NCBI RefSeq assembly: GCF_001194135.2
Contig: NC_069000.1
Location: forward strand, 29,403,191-29,453,922
From: Octopus bimaculoides
Lineage: Eukaryota
Reading direction: 5' to 3'
DNA: 50,732 nucleotides
Position 1 is the stretch's first letter. Every line of letters starts with the position of its first letter. Under the pieces are notes generated by a model. The model worked only from the letters and a program-made list of their open reading frames with translations. It made no database searches and was not told where the DNA came from. Shown here one piece after another: positions 49,645-50,732 of this stretch. The translations under genes were made by a program, and so were the position numbers.

Positions 49645-50689
49645 ATGTATTTGTTTCTATATAGTATTTATGTAGTACATACGTTATGCATTAATGCACT
49701 TCTATATACATAACATCTTTTCTTCTGGTAAATGCGTGTGTATGCATGTTCGTATATGTGTGTATGTATGTATGTGTGTAATATATATATATATATATAT
49801 ATATACATTCACATATATATTGATATTGACATACAGGCGCGTGTTTGTTAGTGCACAACTTACTATATGAATATATTATACACATATATCGATCTATATG
49901 TGTGAGTGTGCGTGTGCGTGTCTATGCGAATTTGGGTGTATATATAGATATACCTATGCAAAGTATTGTAATATTTTACACACTAATACATTTACATTTG
50001 TGATCTCTTCACATAGTGTTACTGAAGTATATAATGTGTGTATACAGTAGGATCCAGGATGGGACTGGTCCCGACGTTTCATCTACCACTATTGCAGTGG
50101 CTAAGATTTACCATGGCTACCCACACACATAACTACATATACTATATGCATAAATATGTGTGGTATATACATATACATAAGTGACATAAAACGATAATTA
50201 TATATATATATATATATATACACCCACACAAATATATATACACACACGCACACATATACACACGGATATATATATATATATATAGATATACAAACAAGCA
50301 CACATATATATACATATACAAACATGTATATACGTATATATATATATACATACACAAACATGTATATACATATACATACATATATGTACATATATACACA
50401 TACATATATACACACATATACATATATACATGCGCATATATATATATATATATACATACACAAATATACATATATATATATACACATATATATATACACA
50501 CATATATATACATATATATATATATATACATACAGATATGCATATATAGATACGTTTATATATATACATACATACGTATATATATATATATACACTCATA
50601 CATACATATATACACACACATATATACACACACATATATAGGCATATATATACATATATAAACACATATATATATACACGTACATACAA

Positions 50690-50732
<43 letters not shown>
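49430..50732. repeat. Long cryptic (TA)/(CA)/(TACA) microsatellite field
   Basis: Directly visible; source of the Y/I/H/T/C/V-rich ORFs. Confidence 0.95.

Noticed and set aside
26164-50695. Long ORFs spanning N-runs or made of YI/HT/CV/ER/SL repeats
   Set aside because: Artefacts of assembly gaps and dinucleotide microsatellites.

Overview
AT-rich, microsatellite-dense animal genomic DNA with five N-gaps. The repeat families look like those of an octopus; that is my inference, not a database match. I can support no host protein-coding gene, rRNA or true tRNA gene. The ORF track is almost all microsatellite or N-run artefact, or decayed transposon frames. Most recognisable sequence is transposon debris: mariner elements (two families), a hAT (Charlie/Buster-like) transposase relic, a Helitron-like end, several MITE/foldback elements, LINE fragments from four clades (RTE, Tx1/L1, CR1, CRE-like RLE), and dozens of tRNA-type SINE copies. 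SINE-A/B/C and repeat D are my working names, and the boundaries of decayed elements are approximate. The best finding is a complete type I hammerhead ribozyme on the minus strand at 40072-40157. It has the CUGAAGA/GAAA/GUA core, an 11-bp helix II and a palindromic helix III, as in Penelope-like element (PLE) ribozymes. A second minimal hammerhead lies at 49200-49241 and a decayed third at about 50061-50116. All three are on the minus strand, sit beside TA microsatellites, and have no PLE ORF visible nearby. Other points of note are a CRISPR-mimicking hairpin-spacer array in RTE 3' UTRs, a microhomology-deleted Tx1 LINE, chimeric SINEs, long foldbacks, and alternating CpG-retaining and CpG-depleted domains. 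Hammerheads in PLEs are an established class, so any novelty lies in the specific family and context.
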